Source of the DNA: Squalus acanthias
Lineage: Eukaryota
Assembly (NCBI GenBank): GCA_030390025.1
Contig: CM059438.1
Location: 70,620,001 to 70,684,000 of the forward strand
Length of the DNA stretch: 64,000 nt
Direction of reading: 5' to 3'
A program made the translations under genes and the position numbers. Position 1 is the stretch's first letter; the number at the start of each line of letters is the position of its first letter. The notes below the pieces were generated by a model. It worked only from the letters and a program-made list of their open reading frames with translations. It searched no databases and was not told the origin of the DNA. Shown here one piece after another: positions 22,845-36,043 of the stretch.

Positions 22845-24366
22845 ATACTGTGCATTGTGTTTATCAATTAAGACATCAGGGGACGTTCTAACTTCACGAG
22901 ATTTTAACCAAGCTTATCATTGGAGTCTTCTTATCACAATACATCCAAGTACATCACTTTACAACAACCATTAATTTAAATGTTCACAAAATCATGGACT
23001 GTGCGCACCGAAATTCCTGCTATGCACTGCTGGCAGACGAGACTCCCTGTCTTAAGAGTGCAGTCCAAAAACTACCCCTTTGTTATCAGTCTGAAGTTGT
23101 GCTAAATGTTTTCTGTTTAATCGCACAATGTATCTTTGTGCTCTTGTCTTTTTAACATGTATATAGCTCATCAAACTGCATTATAGAACTTACTGTGGGT
23201 GGTACACGGTGGAAACTTAATCCTGTTCCACTTATTTTTTCATTATTTTGAGAGAAATGGTGAAATAAGACACGGATTGCCAAGTTTCACAGTGGTAAAG
23301 AAATCTCTTAAGTAGTCTTAATCTCTTTTTAACGGAATCTTTCTCAGTATTGAGGCCATTCACGTCATTTTAAGTACTTGCATATTTTTAACATGAAGAA
23401 TCAGCTTGAGATGATTGCGGTGTTTCCGTTTCACAGACTGACGTCACATCAACACCTAAGTTGTTATTTTGCCCGTTTGCAGTAGCTTTTACTCTTTACT
23501 GTAACTTTACCTTATACTATTGAGGCTAGGTTGTGCTTCTGTAATCTCAGGTGCTATTGGTGCCACGGGTAATTTGTAGCATCTTACTTTCCGTCAGCCA
23601 CGTAAAGCAGAGTTAATGGCCTGACGTAGTCAGATATGAATTTAAATATTCTTTTGTTTTGCCTTTCAAGTCAGTGTCCATAAAGATTTGCCAGACTACC
23701 ACAGGTGAATCAGCTTGCACAGAGCAGGAAACCCAAGAAGCCATCCTCCCCGGTCCTCCTGCACCTAAACAAAATGAAAAGCTCCAAAAGAATAAAATGA
23801 AAGCAAGGTCTTTTGGGTCCTCCGTTACATTGAGGCCAGGGGTCAGATAAAGAAAGAGTGCACCACCTTGCATTTATCTAACGCCTTTCACGGCATCCAG
23901 ACATCACAGCCAATAAAGTACTATTGAAATACAGCAATGTAGGGACATTTGCACACAACAAGGCTCGCAAACAGCAATGAGATAAAGGACCAATCGCTCT
24001 GTTTCAGTGAGGTTGATTGAGCAATAAATGTTGACCAGGACGTCAAGAAAACTATTTGAATAGTGTTATGGGAACTCTGCTCTTCTAATATTGCCGGAGG
24101 ATCTTTAACATCTACCTGAACCATTGCAATAGGGAGAAAAATTAACATCTCACTTAAAAGATGAAGCAATTCTAAGAGAAGAATTGAAAGACAGTATTTT
24201 TGGTGAGAAACTAAAAGCATAGAATGATTGTTCCATTCCACTTGGACTCTTACCTCTATCTTGAAGAATGAAAAGAGTTGCTGATACTTATAAAGCATGC
24301 CAAATACGTGGGATGAATTTGGTACATGGTATCACCACTAGATAGACCAGCAGGGGGACACTCAGG

Positions 24367-24805
24367 TGTCAGCCATGGCTCAGTTGGTAGCACTCTCGCC
24401 TTGGAATCAGAAGGTCGTGGGTTCAAGTCCCACTCCATTGAGCGCTTAATCTAGGCAGTTACTCTAGTACAGTACTGAGGGAGTGCTGCACTGTCAGAGG
24501 TGCTGTCTTTCGGATGAGATGTTAAACTGAAGCCCTGTCTGCCCTTTCAGGTGGACGTAAAAGATCCCGTGACACTATTTCAAAGAAGAGCAGTGGAGTT
24601 TTCCCTGGTATCTTGGCAAATATTTATCTTGCAACCAACCACGAAAACAGAATATCTGGTCATTATCACATTGCTGTTTGTGGGACCTTGCTCTGTGCAA
24701 ATTGGCTGCCGCGTTTCCTACATTGCAACCCTTCAAAAATTGGCTGTAAAGCACTTTGGGACATCCAGAGGTCATGAAAGGCATTATATAAATGCAAGTT
24801 CTTTT
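24367..24805 (+). mobile_element. Full-length tRNA-derived Deu-type SINE (SacSINE1-like)
   Basis: A-box TGGCTCAGTTGG, B-box GGTTCAAGTCC, central GATGAGATGTTAAAC...AAAGATCCC domain, L2-like tail TATATAAATGCAAGT. A diverged antisense copy lies at about 23865-24170. Confidence 0.85.
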
Positions 24806-26542
24806 TTTTCGTATTCCCCTTCAGTCGACAGAGCAAAATAGAACTTCAGATTGATGATAAAATATTGCAGAATTTTAAAAAAGAATAGTGACTGAATGAT
24901 AAAATGTATTTCTATAACTTGCTTTAGATTATGTTGGAGCTGGAAAGTAACACATTTTTGAGACTGCAGAATTTCTCTACACTTACCACCATCACATCGC
25001 CATCAACAGGAAATTCGGTCTGGCTTGTCCCTTTATCCATTCATTGAATCAAGAGACATTTAGTTGCATCTGTCCCGCAAGACTACCAGGGAGTTTCAAA
25101 CAATGTCCAATGAACACTAGTGAACTTGGACAACACCTCCCCCCCATGACACTACCAGGGAATCTGGATGTATTATTTGTCTGCCTGGACTTACAGGTAG
25201 TTAGAATACTAACAATTTGTCCCAAACCTGGTGGGTCACAAGATCAAAGAAAAACCACAAATGTTGAAAACCTGAAACAAAAACTGGCAAAGCTTGAAAT
25301 GCCCGGCATTTCTGCAGCTGAAGAAGAAAGATGGGTTGACCTGTCCCTCGATCAGATCTCATCAGGATTACCAGCCCGAATATCACTCTTTCAACAGATC
25401 TTCAAAACTTACCCGCCCTTGCTTGTAAGGCTCAGCCATCTCTCTGTCAGGTCACTCTATGAGATAGTATTGCCAGGCAAAACTATGCTGTCTATTGGCT
25501 GTTCGCAGAATGCAGTTGATGGCATCTAGTGAAAGCCTGTGTTCCTGACTAAAGATGGGGTATGGCAAAAGCTAGCCTATTGGTTGACATTAGGGGAGTG
25601 GGTGAAAAGATTAGAAAACCAAGACGAAGAGCGCTCAGTAAAAGAAATAGAAGATTGAAAATCTGTAACTGAATACAGAAAGTTGGCTGGAAAGAGGTCT
25701 TGAAACCTACAATAGCAGACTATCCTGTAAAGGATCCAACACACAGTATTTATCAAGGGACATTCCCATATGGCGTGCAGAACAGTATCAGAAATGTAGT
25801 ATTATTATAACACAAACAGCTTGCAGATGGAAGCAGCCCCATTTATCGAGTGGTACTTGTGTAAATATGTCTTAAGCACAACTTTTAAATTAAATAAATT
25901 GATTCAGGCTGTTAAATGTGCCTATACATACATTACTATTTTACTGTAGCTACTGCGACACACATCTTTTGTTTTCAAATGTAAAAGAATGAAACAGTCA
26001 CCAGTTTTTGACCAACAAGGATGTAAACCAAAATTAAAGATAGGCATGCAAACAATATGCCAGTGGATATGGAATTAATATATAATCTCCGGTCTTGAAC
26101 AGTGAAATCCCAACTACCACAATGTAGACAATGAACAAGATCACAATGTTAATTAATGATCTTTTGTACAAAGTAGTTATTGAACTTTTGGGAATAAAAG
26201 CACAACAGCATCTTATAAAGTAAACATTCCCAGTGAACTATTCAGATCAATGACCTTTTTATTACACACTCATTTCAAAGGAATCTTGTGGGAAATACAT
26301 CAACTGGGCATGTGCTTGCATTGTTTTATGAATGCCAAGGCATGTTGTGCTAAACACTCGCAATAGGTCCTAATCAACTGAAAATTGTGACTCATTGTGG
26401 CAAATCAAAGCAGACTTCAAAGGACCAAGAACTGAATATTTTTCCAGCATTCAGTTTATCGTGAATCTGTAGTCTCACCAAACAAAATTGGGGGCAAGAT
26501 GCCGAAAGGCATGGCCCGCGTTTATTTTTCATTGTAACAGAT

Positions 26543-28280
26543 GGTGACCCCCCAGGATGTTGATGGTGGGGGAGTCGGCGATGGTAATGCTGTTGAATGC
26601 CAAGGGATGGTGGTAAGACTCTCTCTTCTTGGAGATAATCATTGCCTGCCACTTGTGTGGCGCAAATGTTACTTGCCACTTATCAGCCCAAGTTTGAATG
26701 CTGTCCAAGTCTTGCTGTATGCGGGCATGGACTGCTTCATTATCTGAGGATTTGCGATTGGAACTGAACACTGTGCAATCATCAGCGAACGTCCCCACTT
26801 CTGACCTTATGATGGAGGGAAGGTCATTGATGAAGCAGCTGAAGATGTTTGGGCCTAGGACACTGCCCTGAGGAAATCCTGCAGCAATGTCCTGGGGCTG
26901 AGATGATTGGCCTCCAACCACCACAACCTTCTGCTTTTATGCTAGATATGACTCCAGCCCCTGATTCCCATTGACTTCAATTTTACTAGGGCTTCTTGAT
27001 GCCACAGTTAGTCAAAGGCTTTCTTGATGTCAGGGGCAATCACTCTCACCTCAGCTCTGGAACTCAACTCACCAAGGCTGTAATGAGGTCTGGAGCCAAG
27101 TGGTCCTGGCAGAACCCAAACTGAGCATTGGTGAGCAAGTACTGTTTGATAGCATTATCGATGGCCCCTTCCATCAATTTGCTGATGATTGAGAGTAGGC
27201 TGATAGGGTGGTAATTGGCCAGATTGGATTTGTCCTGCTTTTTGTGGACATGGCATACCTGGGCAATTTTCCACTTTGTCGGGTAGATGCCAATGTTGTA
27301 GCTGTATTGGAACAGCTTGGCTAGAGGCACGGCTAGTTCTGGAGCACACGTCTTCAGTATTATAGCCGGGATGGTTCTCTCACCACCTGCCGCAAGCCCC
27401 GTCTGACAGCTATGTTGTTAAGGACTCAACCAGCTCGGTCGGTAGTAGTGCTACTGAGCCACTCTTGGTGATGGACATTGAATTCCCCCACCCAGAGTAC
27501 ATTCTGTGTTCTTGCAGTGCTTCTTCCAAGTGGCGTTCATCATGGAGTACTGATTCATCAGCTGAAGGAGGGCAGCAGGTGGTAATCAGCAGGAGGTTTT
27601 CTTGCCCATGTTTGACCTGATTCCATAAGTCTTCATTCGGGTCCGGAGTCAATGTTGAGGGCTCCTAGGGTCACTCTCTCCCAACTGTATACCACTGTGC
27701 CACCACCTCTTGTGGGACTGTCCTGCCAGTGGGACAGGACATACCCAGGGATGGTGATGGAGGAGTCTGGGATGTTAGCTGAAAGGTATGATTCTGCGAG
27801 TATGACTATGTCAAGCTGTTGCTTGACTAGTCTGTGGGACAGCTCTCTTAATTTTGGCACAAGTCCTCAGATGCTAGTGAGGAGGACTTTGCAGGGTTGA
27901 CTGGGCTGGATGTGCCTTTGTCGTGTCCGGATCCGGTGCCTAAGTCGATGCCGGGTGGTTTTATTCTTATTATAGTTTTTTGTTGTGCTTTGATACAAAT
28001 CAGTGGCTTGCTCGGCCATTTCAGAGGGCAGTTAAGAGTCAACCATATTGCTGTGGGTCTGGAGTCACATATAGGCCAGACCAGGTAAGGACGGCAGGTT
28101 TCCTTCCCTAAAGGACATTAGTGAACCAATTGGGTTTTTACGACAATCGGTAGTTTCATGGTCACCATTACTAATACTAGCTTTTTTTTAAATTCCAGAT
28201 TTATTTAATTAACTGAACTTAAATTCCCCAACTGCCGTGGTGGGATTTGAACTCACGTCTCCAGATTATCAGTCCAATCC
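26543..28280 (-). mobile_element. LINE family B, 5' and central part (APE plus RT, internally deleted), with a tRNA-like 5' head
   Basis: KQQLDIVILAESYL and RGGGTVVY (APE); NYHPISLLSIISK, GFPQGSVLGP and FADDCTV (RT); B-box-like GTTCAAATCCC at 28252-28242. Confidence 0.88.
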
Positions 28281-28769
28281 TCTGAAATCGTGTCCAATGT
28301 TTACCTCAGCTTGTCAGTGCTCGTTGATCAAATTCAAATGTGGCTTGATCGTGAAAATGGTTCGGTCCTCTTGCGAGTGCGAGCTACTCCAGCATCCAGA
28401 TGATGCTTAAAATATTCTTTTTCATTTACCGACTTAGGCATTTCTCAAGGCAGTAGCATCCAACTCAGGTGAGCGACTAGGTCTTCCATCCCATAGTCAT
28501 TTACTTGGCTCGGCAAAGTACCAGTGTCCCTGTCTAAAGCATCAGTATGAAATGTAAACGCTTAGGAATAATCTGGATTCTTTTTCATGGGGTCTCCACA
28601 AGGGCATCTTCCATATCAATGGACCAGATCACTTGCAAATCAAGTAAGTTAATGATGCGGCTATATTATTTAAATTTGAATTGGGTTGTCTGCTTTTGAT
28701 TGCGGGTTAGATCAATTGTGCAATCACATCCACCTTGGCCTGGCATGGTATCCGTTCCAACCCCCCACC

Positions 28770-29045
28770 GGCCCCCCATACGGCGACCTATATACAGTAT
28801 TTCAGCCATGTCTTTGTTGCATTTTCCAGCTTTAACTGGCAACCCTGCTTTGCTCAACCAGGTTAGTACGTAGGTGATGTGTTGTTCAACCCATGTCCGA
28901 CGGAAATGGCGATATCATCAATATATGCTGGGGCATAATGCCAGGTCCCTGTCAGGATGGTATCCAGCAGGGACTGAAATGTGGTGGATCCATTCTTCAT
29001 TCCAAAAGTCATGACTGTAAACTCGTGCAGCCCTGGTAGTGTAGC
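28770..29045 (-). pseudogene. Ty3/Gypsy LTR-retrotransposon RT relic
   Basis: TLPGLHEFTVMTFGMKNGSTTFQSLLD...AYIDDIAI, then after a frameshift LSKAGLPVKAGKC...EILYIGRR. Confidence 0.8.
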
Positions 29046-29935
29046 AAGTGTAACTGGTCCCCTGTGCTTAGTGGCATCTGCCAATGACCTTTTGGCATCA
29101 GATACGAGAAACCCCGACCTTCTCAAAATTTTCACAAGGCATAGGGCAAATATCTCTTTCCAAATGCTTCAGGCAGACTGATTTGAGCAAAATAAGCTGA
29201 TAGATACCTTAGAAAAGTGATTAGGATTGACCAAATTTAAATGATTGCCTGTTAACATCAAAAAAGCTGCCAATCAAATGCATATTTGAACAAATTCCAC
29301 AAGGTGTTAGTATAATTGGATGGTTTGACACCTCCCTTGCTCAGGACAAAACAAGTCAAATCCGTAATATTTGTACTAAAATATACTACAGTTGTATTTC
29401 TGAGTGAAGTTGGCATTTAACTCCTTAATGCTGTGACAAAATTGAAGCAGCCAATGCCATGCTAAAATAAATCTTAGACAAAAGTGCTTCATTTTGCTCA
29501 CTGGGTGGTGGAAGAGAACCCTTAATAAATCTATTATGAGTATCAAATTAAAAATGATAACAATTGAAAAAAATGTATCATCTGTTGTACCTTAATGTTT
29601 GCTTGTTTAGCGTAGAGGCAGGGTTTATTTTTAATACATAAGGCTGCACTGAAGCATCAAGATTGTTTTGTGCATGGCAAACATGAGAAATGGTGAAATT
29701 TTGATCCTTGAATCATTGTATCTGTTTCGAGATACATTACACATTCGGCATTACTCTATCTATTCCCACTGTGAGTGTACCATGATCACCTTAAAGTGAG
29801 TCAAATCAAGAATGTACTAGATTCACCCCACGCTTCTGTGGTAAAGAAGAAAGAAAGAACTTGCATTTATGTAGCGCCTTTCATAACCTAATGCCGTCCC
29901 AAAGCGATTTTACAGCCAATTAAGTACTTTTGAAG

Positions 29936-30422
29936 CAACAACAGAAAACACTGGAAAAAACTTAGCAGGCCAGGCAACATCCGTGGAGAGAGAAACAGAG
30001 TTAACGTTTCAGGTCGAAGACCTTCGTCAGAACTGAGAAAAAAGCAGGAAATGAAACAGATAAAAAAGCAAGTGGGAGGCTGGGGGAGGGAATAAAAGAA
30101 CAAAAGGGGTGGTCTATGATAAGTAGAGATATTAAGAGATGCTCAAGGCAAGACGAGATGGTAATAGGACAGGTTAAGAAACAAAAGATGGCTCAGAAGT
30201 GTGAAGTGTGAAATGCTGGCAGAAGGAAAGAGACAGCTGCTGTGGGGGAGAGAGAGAAAAAAAAGGGAAAAGGCACAAACCAAAAGGGTGGATAAAATAT
30301 ATATATATATGGTAGGGGCCAAGGTTATGATCTGAAATTGTTGAACTCGATATTGAGTCCGGAAGGCTGTAAAGTGCCTAATCGGAAGATGAGGTGCTGT
30401 TCCTCGAGCTTGCGCTGAGCTT
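29936..30422 (-). mobile_element. Penelope-like element 3' end: GIY-YIG C-terminus plus pLTR (family A)
   Basis: 30423-30325 encodes EAQRKLEEQHLIFRLGTLQPSGLNIEFNNFRS*; 9-bp TSD CTTTTGAAG (29927-29935 and 30423-30431). Confidence 0.9.
29999..30034 (-). ncRNA. Minimal type-I hammerhead ribozyme motif with intact core
   Basis: Minus strand reads AGTT-CTGACGA-AGGTC-TTC-GACCT-GAAA-CGTT-AACT. Confidence 0.85.
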
Positions 30423-31427
30423 CTTTTGAAGTGTTGTTACTCTTGTAATGTAGGAAATGCGGGAATCAATTTGCGAACAGCAAGGTCCTACAAACAGCAA
30501 TGTGATAATGTCAGATAATCTGTTTTAGTGATGTTGGTTGCAGTATAAATATTGGCCAGGATGCTGGGGAGAACTCCCCCTGCTCTTCTTCGAAGTAGTG
30601 CCCTGGGATCTTTTACGTCCACCTGAACTTGTATTTCATGTTAAACTATCAAATAATTAAAGCTGACGATGAATGAATGGTTGAAAATACCACCAAGAAG
30701 TACAAAGAGTCGTGCAATACTTGAAAATCCCTCCTCCTCAGAAAAAAAAATTCCTTTATAATGGTAGCCAATAATAATACTTTGTTAAAATATGACTGGT
30801 CTTCGTAATGAAAAAAACACAATCTTTCCATCAGATCAATAATTGTCTGGTGCAAGATACATTCCAGTTATTAATTGGAATGCTATCTGTGTATAAAGCA
30901 ATGTACCTTTCTGGATGGCAATGTATTTATAATGAGAAAAAAAAATAATTCCAACTTGGTATCTGATAAGCTGCCAGGTTTTCCCCTCCAACAGTGTCCT
31001 CAGTAGACCCCAGAGTGTCAGCAGCTTCATGCTGAATGTATGGAACATCTGTTAACAACCATTTCTTTCCCCCCACTGCCATTAGCATTTCGTCTTGGCG
31101 AAATACTTTCAGCTTTAAATCAAACTTTATGTTTTACAGGAAAGCAAAGGAACAATCATATGGAAACATAATAAAAAAACATCATTTCCATAAGTGTAGC
31201 CAGATGTCATCAAATGTTGACAATAGCACAAGTAACAATACAGTGTAGTGTGCATGTTTCTGAGATTATTTGAAGTAATAATTAGGATTAGCAGAACATT
31301 TTACTGAGGGACTGTGGTGGACATCAGTAAAATATATTGAGATAGGTCTCTTTAGAAGAGCAATACTAGGGAGCTAGGCCAAGATTTGTGCTTCATATTT
31401 GACATTTTCTGGAAAAAGACACATTAA

Positions 31428-31925
31428 AGAAAGAACTTGCACTTGCGTGGCACCTTACAGATCCTCAGGACATCCTAAATCACTTCACAGCCGATACTTT
31501 TAAAAATGTAGTCATTGTTTTTATGTAAGGAAATGTGGCAGCCACTTTGCACACAGCAAAAGCCCACAAACAACAATGAGGGAATTGACTGCTTTATCTG
31601 TTTCAGTGGTGTTGGTTTGAGAGTTAAATGTTGTTCTTCGAGTAATGTCATGGAATCTTTGGCGTCCACCTGAGAGGGCAGTCAAGGACTCGGTTTAACA
31701 TCTCATCCGAAACACAACACCTCCCACAGCGAAGCACTTCCTCACTACTGCACTGAAGTGTCATACTAGATTTAGAATGATAGGAGCATATGAGCACTCA
31801 GTCCAACTGTCACCAACAATTCTGATTGTAATTGATATGATGAAATGTCAATAATAAGAACTATGTAGCACCAAGTCTCTGGAGTGGGCCTTAAACCCAC
31901 TACCACTGAGCTAAAGCTGACACAA
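31428..31925 (-). mobile_element. Deu-type SINE, diverged
   Basis: Aligns antisense to 24367-24800. Confidence 0.7.
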
Positions 31926-32469
31926 TAAGGGAAGATTTCCTTGGTTTATCTTTTGTACTGTTCTTTAGATTGGTGATTACAGTTTTGCTACAGATAGCGA
32001 CCAGATGAGATCTCACCCATTTTCATTTCTGCATGAGCACTGTCTCTTAAAGGGACAGAACATTTTAAACCAAGCCATCCAGAAATTCACCCATATTCAC
32101 ATTTTCCAAATTTTGTCTCAATTCCGATCCAGTGTTCACTCTAGGTTCAGTCTAAATAATTTTGAACTCCTGGCTTAGCACAAAGATCCACTTTAATCTG
32201 CATTGCTACACAATTCTTGTCATTGACATTTGTTATATCGTTTACAAGCAGAATTATTGGTGACTGTTGGACCTATTGTTCAATTCTTCAAACTACGAGT
32301 TGCAATTAATTATAGGCCTTTAGTTTTGATGTTATTAACTGGAAATGCAGCAACATAAGTGTCTAATTACAATAGTAAACGAGCAGCCACAAAGTATCAA
32401 ACTGGCCACCATCACTAAAACACATTGGAGTTGAAGCTTGTCACTGTCGCTCCAGCACAAATTAACACT

Positions 32470-33257
32470 CAACATTTGCGCCACAGAAGTGCCAGGCAAT
32501 GACTATCTCTAACAAGCGAGAGTCTAACCACCGCCCCTTGACATTCAACGGCATTACCATCGCCAAATCCCCCACCATCAACATCCTGAGGGTCATCATT
32601 GACCAGAAACTTAACTGGACCAGCCACAGAAATACTGTGGCAACAAGAGCAGGTCAGTGGCTGGGTATTCTGCAGCGAGTGTCTCACCTCCTGACTCTCC
32701 AAAGCCTTTCCACCATCTACAAGGCACAAGTAAGGAGTGTGACGGAATACTCTCCACTTGCCTGGATGAGTGCAGCTCCAACAACTCTCAAGAAGCTCGA
32801 CACCATCCAGGACAAAGCAGCCCACTTGATTTGCACCCCATCCACCACCTTAAACATTCACTCCCTCCACCACCAGCGTACCGTGGCTGCAGTGTGTACC
32901 ATCTACAAGATGCACTGAAGCAACTCGCCAAGGCTTCTTCGGCAGCACCTCCCAAACCCGCGACCTCTTCCACCTAGAAGTATAAGAGCAGCAGGCGCAT
33001 GGGAACACCACCACCTCCAAGTTCCCCTACAAGTCACACACCATCCTGACTTAGAAGTATATCGCCGATCCTTCATCGTCGCTGGGTCAAAATCCTGGAA
33101 CTCCCTCCCTAACAGCACGGTGGGAGTACCATCACCACACGGACTGCAGCGGTTCAAAAAGGCTGCTCACCACCACCTTCTCAAGGGCAACTAGGGATGT
33201 GCAATAAATGCTGGCCTTGCCAGCGACGCCCACATCCCATAAACAAATTAAAAAAAA
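32470..33257 (+). mobile_element. LINE family B, 3' fragment
   Basis: IDQKLNWTSH...STIYKAQVRS; A-rich tail at about 33240-33257. Confidence 0.9.
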
Positions 33258-33374
33258 GACTTGCTGCATCAATGCACTCTCCTGCAAATGTCATGTAAGC
33301 AAAATGTGCAACTGCACCAACACGTAAACCATTGTAAAATTCTGAAAATTAAGTAATATCTGGTTAGTATTTAT

Positions 33375-34027
33375 GGGGTAAAAATTGAGTAGAGCCCCGA
33401 AAAAGTTAGCACCCCCACGGCCGATTTTCCCAGGTAGTGCCCCAAGAGGGAGGAGGGGCGCTACTGGAAGCACCCCGCGTCCCTCTTGGGGTGCTGCGAG
33501 CCAATACCGCGGCGCATCGTGCCGCGGTACTGCAGGCCTTCCTCCCCTTATTAAAGGGGAGGGGCCTGGCGCAGCGCATCCTGGCGCCCAGTTGGGCCAC
33601 CAGGGATCGGGAGTGCCGGCAAACGAGCCCGGAGAGTAGCCGGCACCCCGCGAGGGGGCTTCACGGGGACCGGGGACAGCAACGGGGGCAGGTGCTGGCA
33701 GGCGGCCAGCAACAAAAATGGCCGCCCGCCACCTCCCCTTTAACTAGCGCCGCCCTGGCCGCAGGTAGGTCCCCTGACCCCGGCGGACGTAGCATCTGGC
33801 GGTAAGTCGGGGTGGTGCCACCCAATATTACTGCCAGGGCGCGAGCGGGGACGCTGGGCGAGAGCGCGGCACTGCGCATGGCGATGACGTCATCGCTAAC
33901 GGTTACCGCCACCGCTAACCTCCCGCTGAATTTCGCGGGAGGTGTTAGCGGCGCCACGCCCAGGAGCTAGTTGATTTGCGCCCCGTTAGCGCTAACGGGA
34001 GGCGCAAATCAACCGAATTTAGCCCCC
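33375..34027. mobile_element. GC-rich Harbinger-type MITE
   Basis: Termini GGGGTAAAAATT and AATTTAGCCCCC; TSD TAT; subterminal palindrome at 33970-34013. Confidence 0.85.
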
Positions 34028-35148
34028 TATGTGTTTTGTTGCTGTCCATGCTATAAAACCTGGTACAGTATATTGTGGTATCCTTGCTACATTTGTGAGG
34101 AATAGTGAGAGCGATGTACTAAATGGTGGAAGCATCTGATAAATCAGCATCATGGTAACCCGTAGTCTGTTACATTATTAGGAAATAATGGTACAGGTAC
34201 ATTCCTAAATATGGGGCTATGAGAGAGGAATTAGAGTATGAATATTGCTCCAACATTAAGGGATGAGCAAAAATGTCGAAGCATCTGAATTTATTTTTCT
34301 TCATACTGATGTAACATGCTCAGCATACTTTATACTCCCTTTTTATTTTCCTTTTAGGTTTCATGTCAAAGGTTCATTCCAATCTAAGTGTTTTCATCTA
34401 TCATTAAAAAGAATGTCCAAGTTTTCCCAAAATTTGGCCAGCTTGTTAGATTGTGCTGTGGGCTTTCAAGCTGATGACCTTACTTAGTAGGAATCTGGCA
34501 CCTATGGTATGCTCTGTTAGTCTTCCTGTCTCAAAGACTCATTATCATTCTATTGAGCTTTAAGTTCCTACTGAGGAGTATACAATAGGACAGCTACAAA
34601 AACTGTATGTATGATTTAAGGAATAACAACCAATATTCTCTGGTTCTCACCAGTCCCATCCCTATGGCTGTCTCCTACTCCAGAATCTCAGGATTGTCCT
34701 GATGAGACATTACGTGCTTATGAAGGGGGACAACTAAAATGCTTATTGTAAAATGAACTTATCTCTCAGATAGTCCATCCAGCAAAGCGAGAGTGTTCAG
34801 CACTCCAGATCATTCATTCCAAATTCAAGTCATCACTTTGTTCACTGACTAAAGCAGGCTCATTTAGAGTTCCCTGTCTCAGTGGTGTGAAAGGCACCTT
34901 CCCAATGATTAAGTGGAAAGAGTCCACTTGTTAATAGCTTGAATAGGAACACTCTGCTTGTGTACTCTATCCTTTCCTTAGAAGCAGTTCGGCTCACCCC
35001 TGAAATCAGTCCTTGCTAAAAAAAAAAGATATCCGTCTTTGGTCTGGCAGCTGAGTTCCTTAAGATCTGTGACTTAGGTAAGACTGCCCTCAAAATGGGG
35101 TTTTATCCTAGTTTAAGGAAGGTGGAGTTGCTAGGTCATAAATACATG

Positions 35149-36043
35149 GGGGGAAAAATTCAGTTGGTTGCGCCTCCCGTTAGCGCCTTAAGAGGGCGCT
35201 AATGGGGCGCAAAGCATCTAGCGCCCAGGCGCGGCGAAGTTTGCGCCGCTCGCGAAATTAACTAGACATTTTGCGGCGGCGCTAAACACTACCGCCACGA
35301 TCTCCTGCGCCGGCAGATCGTGACGTCACTCGAGTGCGCAACGCCCCGGTATCGCCCCGGAGCGGATATTGAGTGGCGCCCCCTGCCTTACCGCCTGACG
35401 CTAGCAATGACAGGTTGAGGGGAGCGTTCTGCAGTCATGAAGGGAAAGGGGGAGCGCTATTTAAAGGTGACCGCTTCCTGCCTTTTATTGTTGGTTCCAT
35501 TTTTGAACTACGCATTCTGAGAGAGAGAGAGGGAGAGACTTCTGGAGAGATTCAACGTTGTGTGAAGGAGTTTTGGGTACTGAGCAGCACTTTGCAGGTT
35601 CATTTTGATTTGCCATTCCTTGTATCGATTTAGCAGAGACTGTGGGGGCTGCACTCTGAGCTCTTTGCCTGGTACTCTCCATTGTTCTTTCCAGCACATT
35701 TGATGTGCAGGTCTCTCCAGGCCGAGATTCAAGGCTGCAATGAGCAGGATGTGGATGGAAAGCAAGATTAACCATCTCCTTTAAGAACTGGCCCATGCCA
35801 TTGTGTGTGTGTTCCATTGCTGACTGACATTACATGAGCTTCGCCAGCGCTCTGAGGTAGCGCCTCGCTCCTCGGCCTTTGCGCCTTAAGACAGGTGTGA
35901 AGCGCCTGATATAGTGCTGCAATCACCTCCAGGGGCGATAAAAGTCAAGTTTGCAGTCGATGGCGATAATTAGCGACAGGCGCTAATCTTTGCGCCCGGC
36001 CGATAATTGCGCCCCAAATGGGGCGATACTGAATTTCTCCCCC
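35149..36043. mobile_element. Harbinger-type non-autonomous element
   Basis: TIR GGGGGAAAAATTCAGT / ACTGAATTTCTCCCCC; TSD ATG; left end related to the right end of 33375-34027. Confidence 0.88.

Larger units (their letters stand above)
29848..30630 (-). mobile_element. Deu-type SINE 3' part, split by a Penelope insertion
   Basis: SINE tail at 29848-29935 and body at 30423-30630. Confidence 0.8.

Noticed and set aside
23585..23770. Possible minus-strand exon with a good acceptor and GTAAGA donor
   Set aside because: All three frames contain stops and there is no recognisable protein; a non-coding exon cannot be supported without RNA data.
24367..24440. tRNA gene
   Set aside because: The A and B boxes continue into a multi-copy SINE body, so this is a SINE head.
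24980..25510. Two minus-strand GTAAGT donors (about 24986 and 25410)
   Set aside because: The candidate exons have stops or encode unrecognisable short peptides.
33375..34027. CpG-island promoter of a host gene
   Set aside because: The GC-rich block is exactly bounded by TIRs and a TSD.
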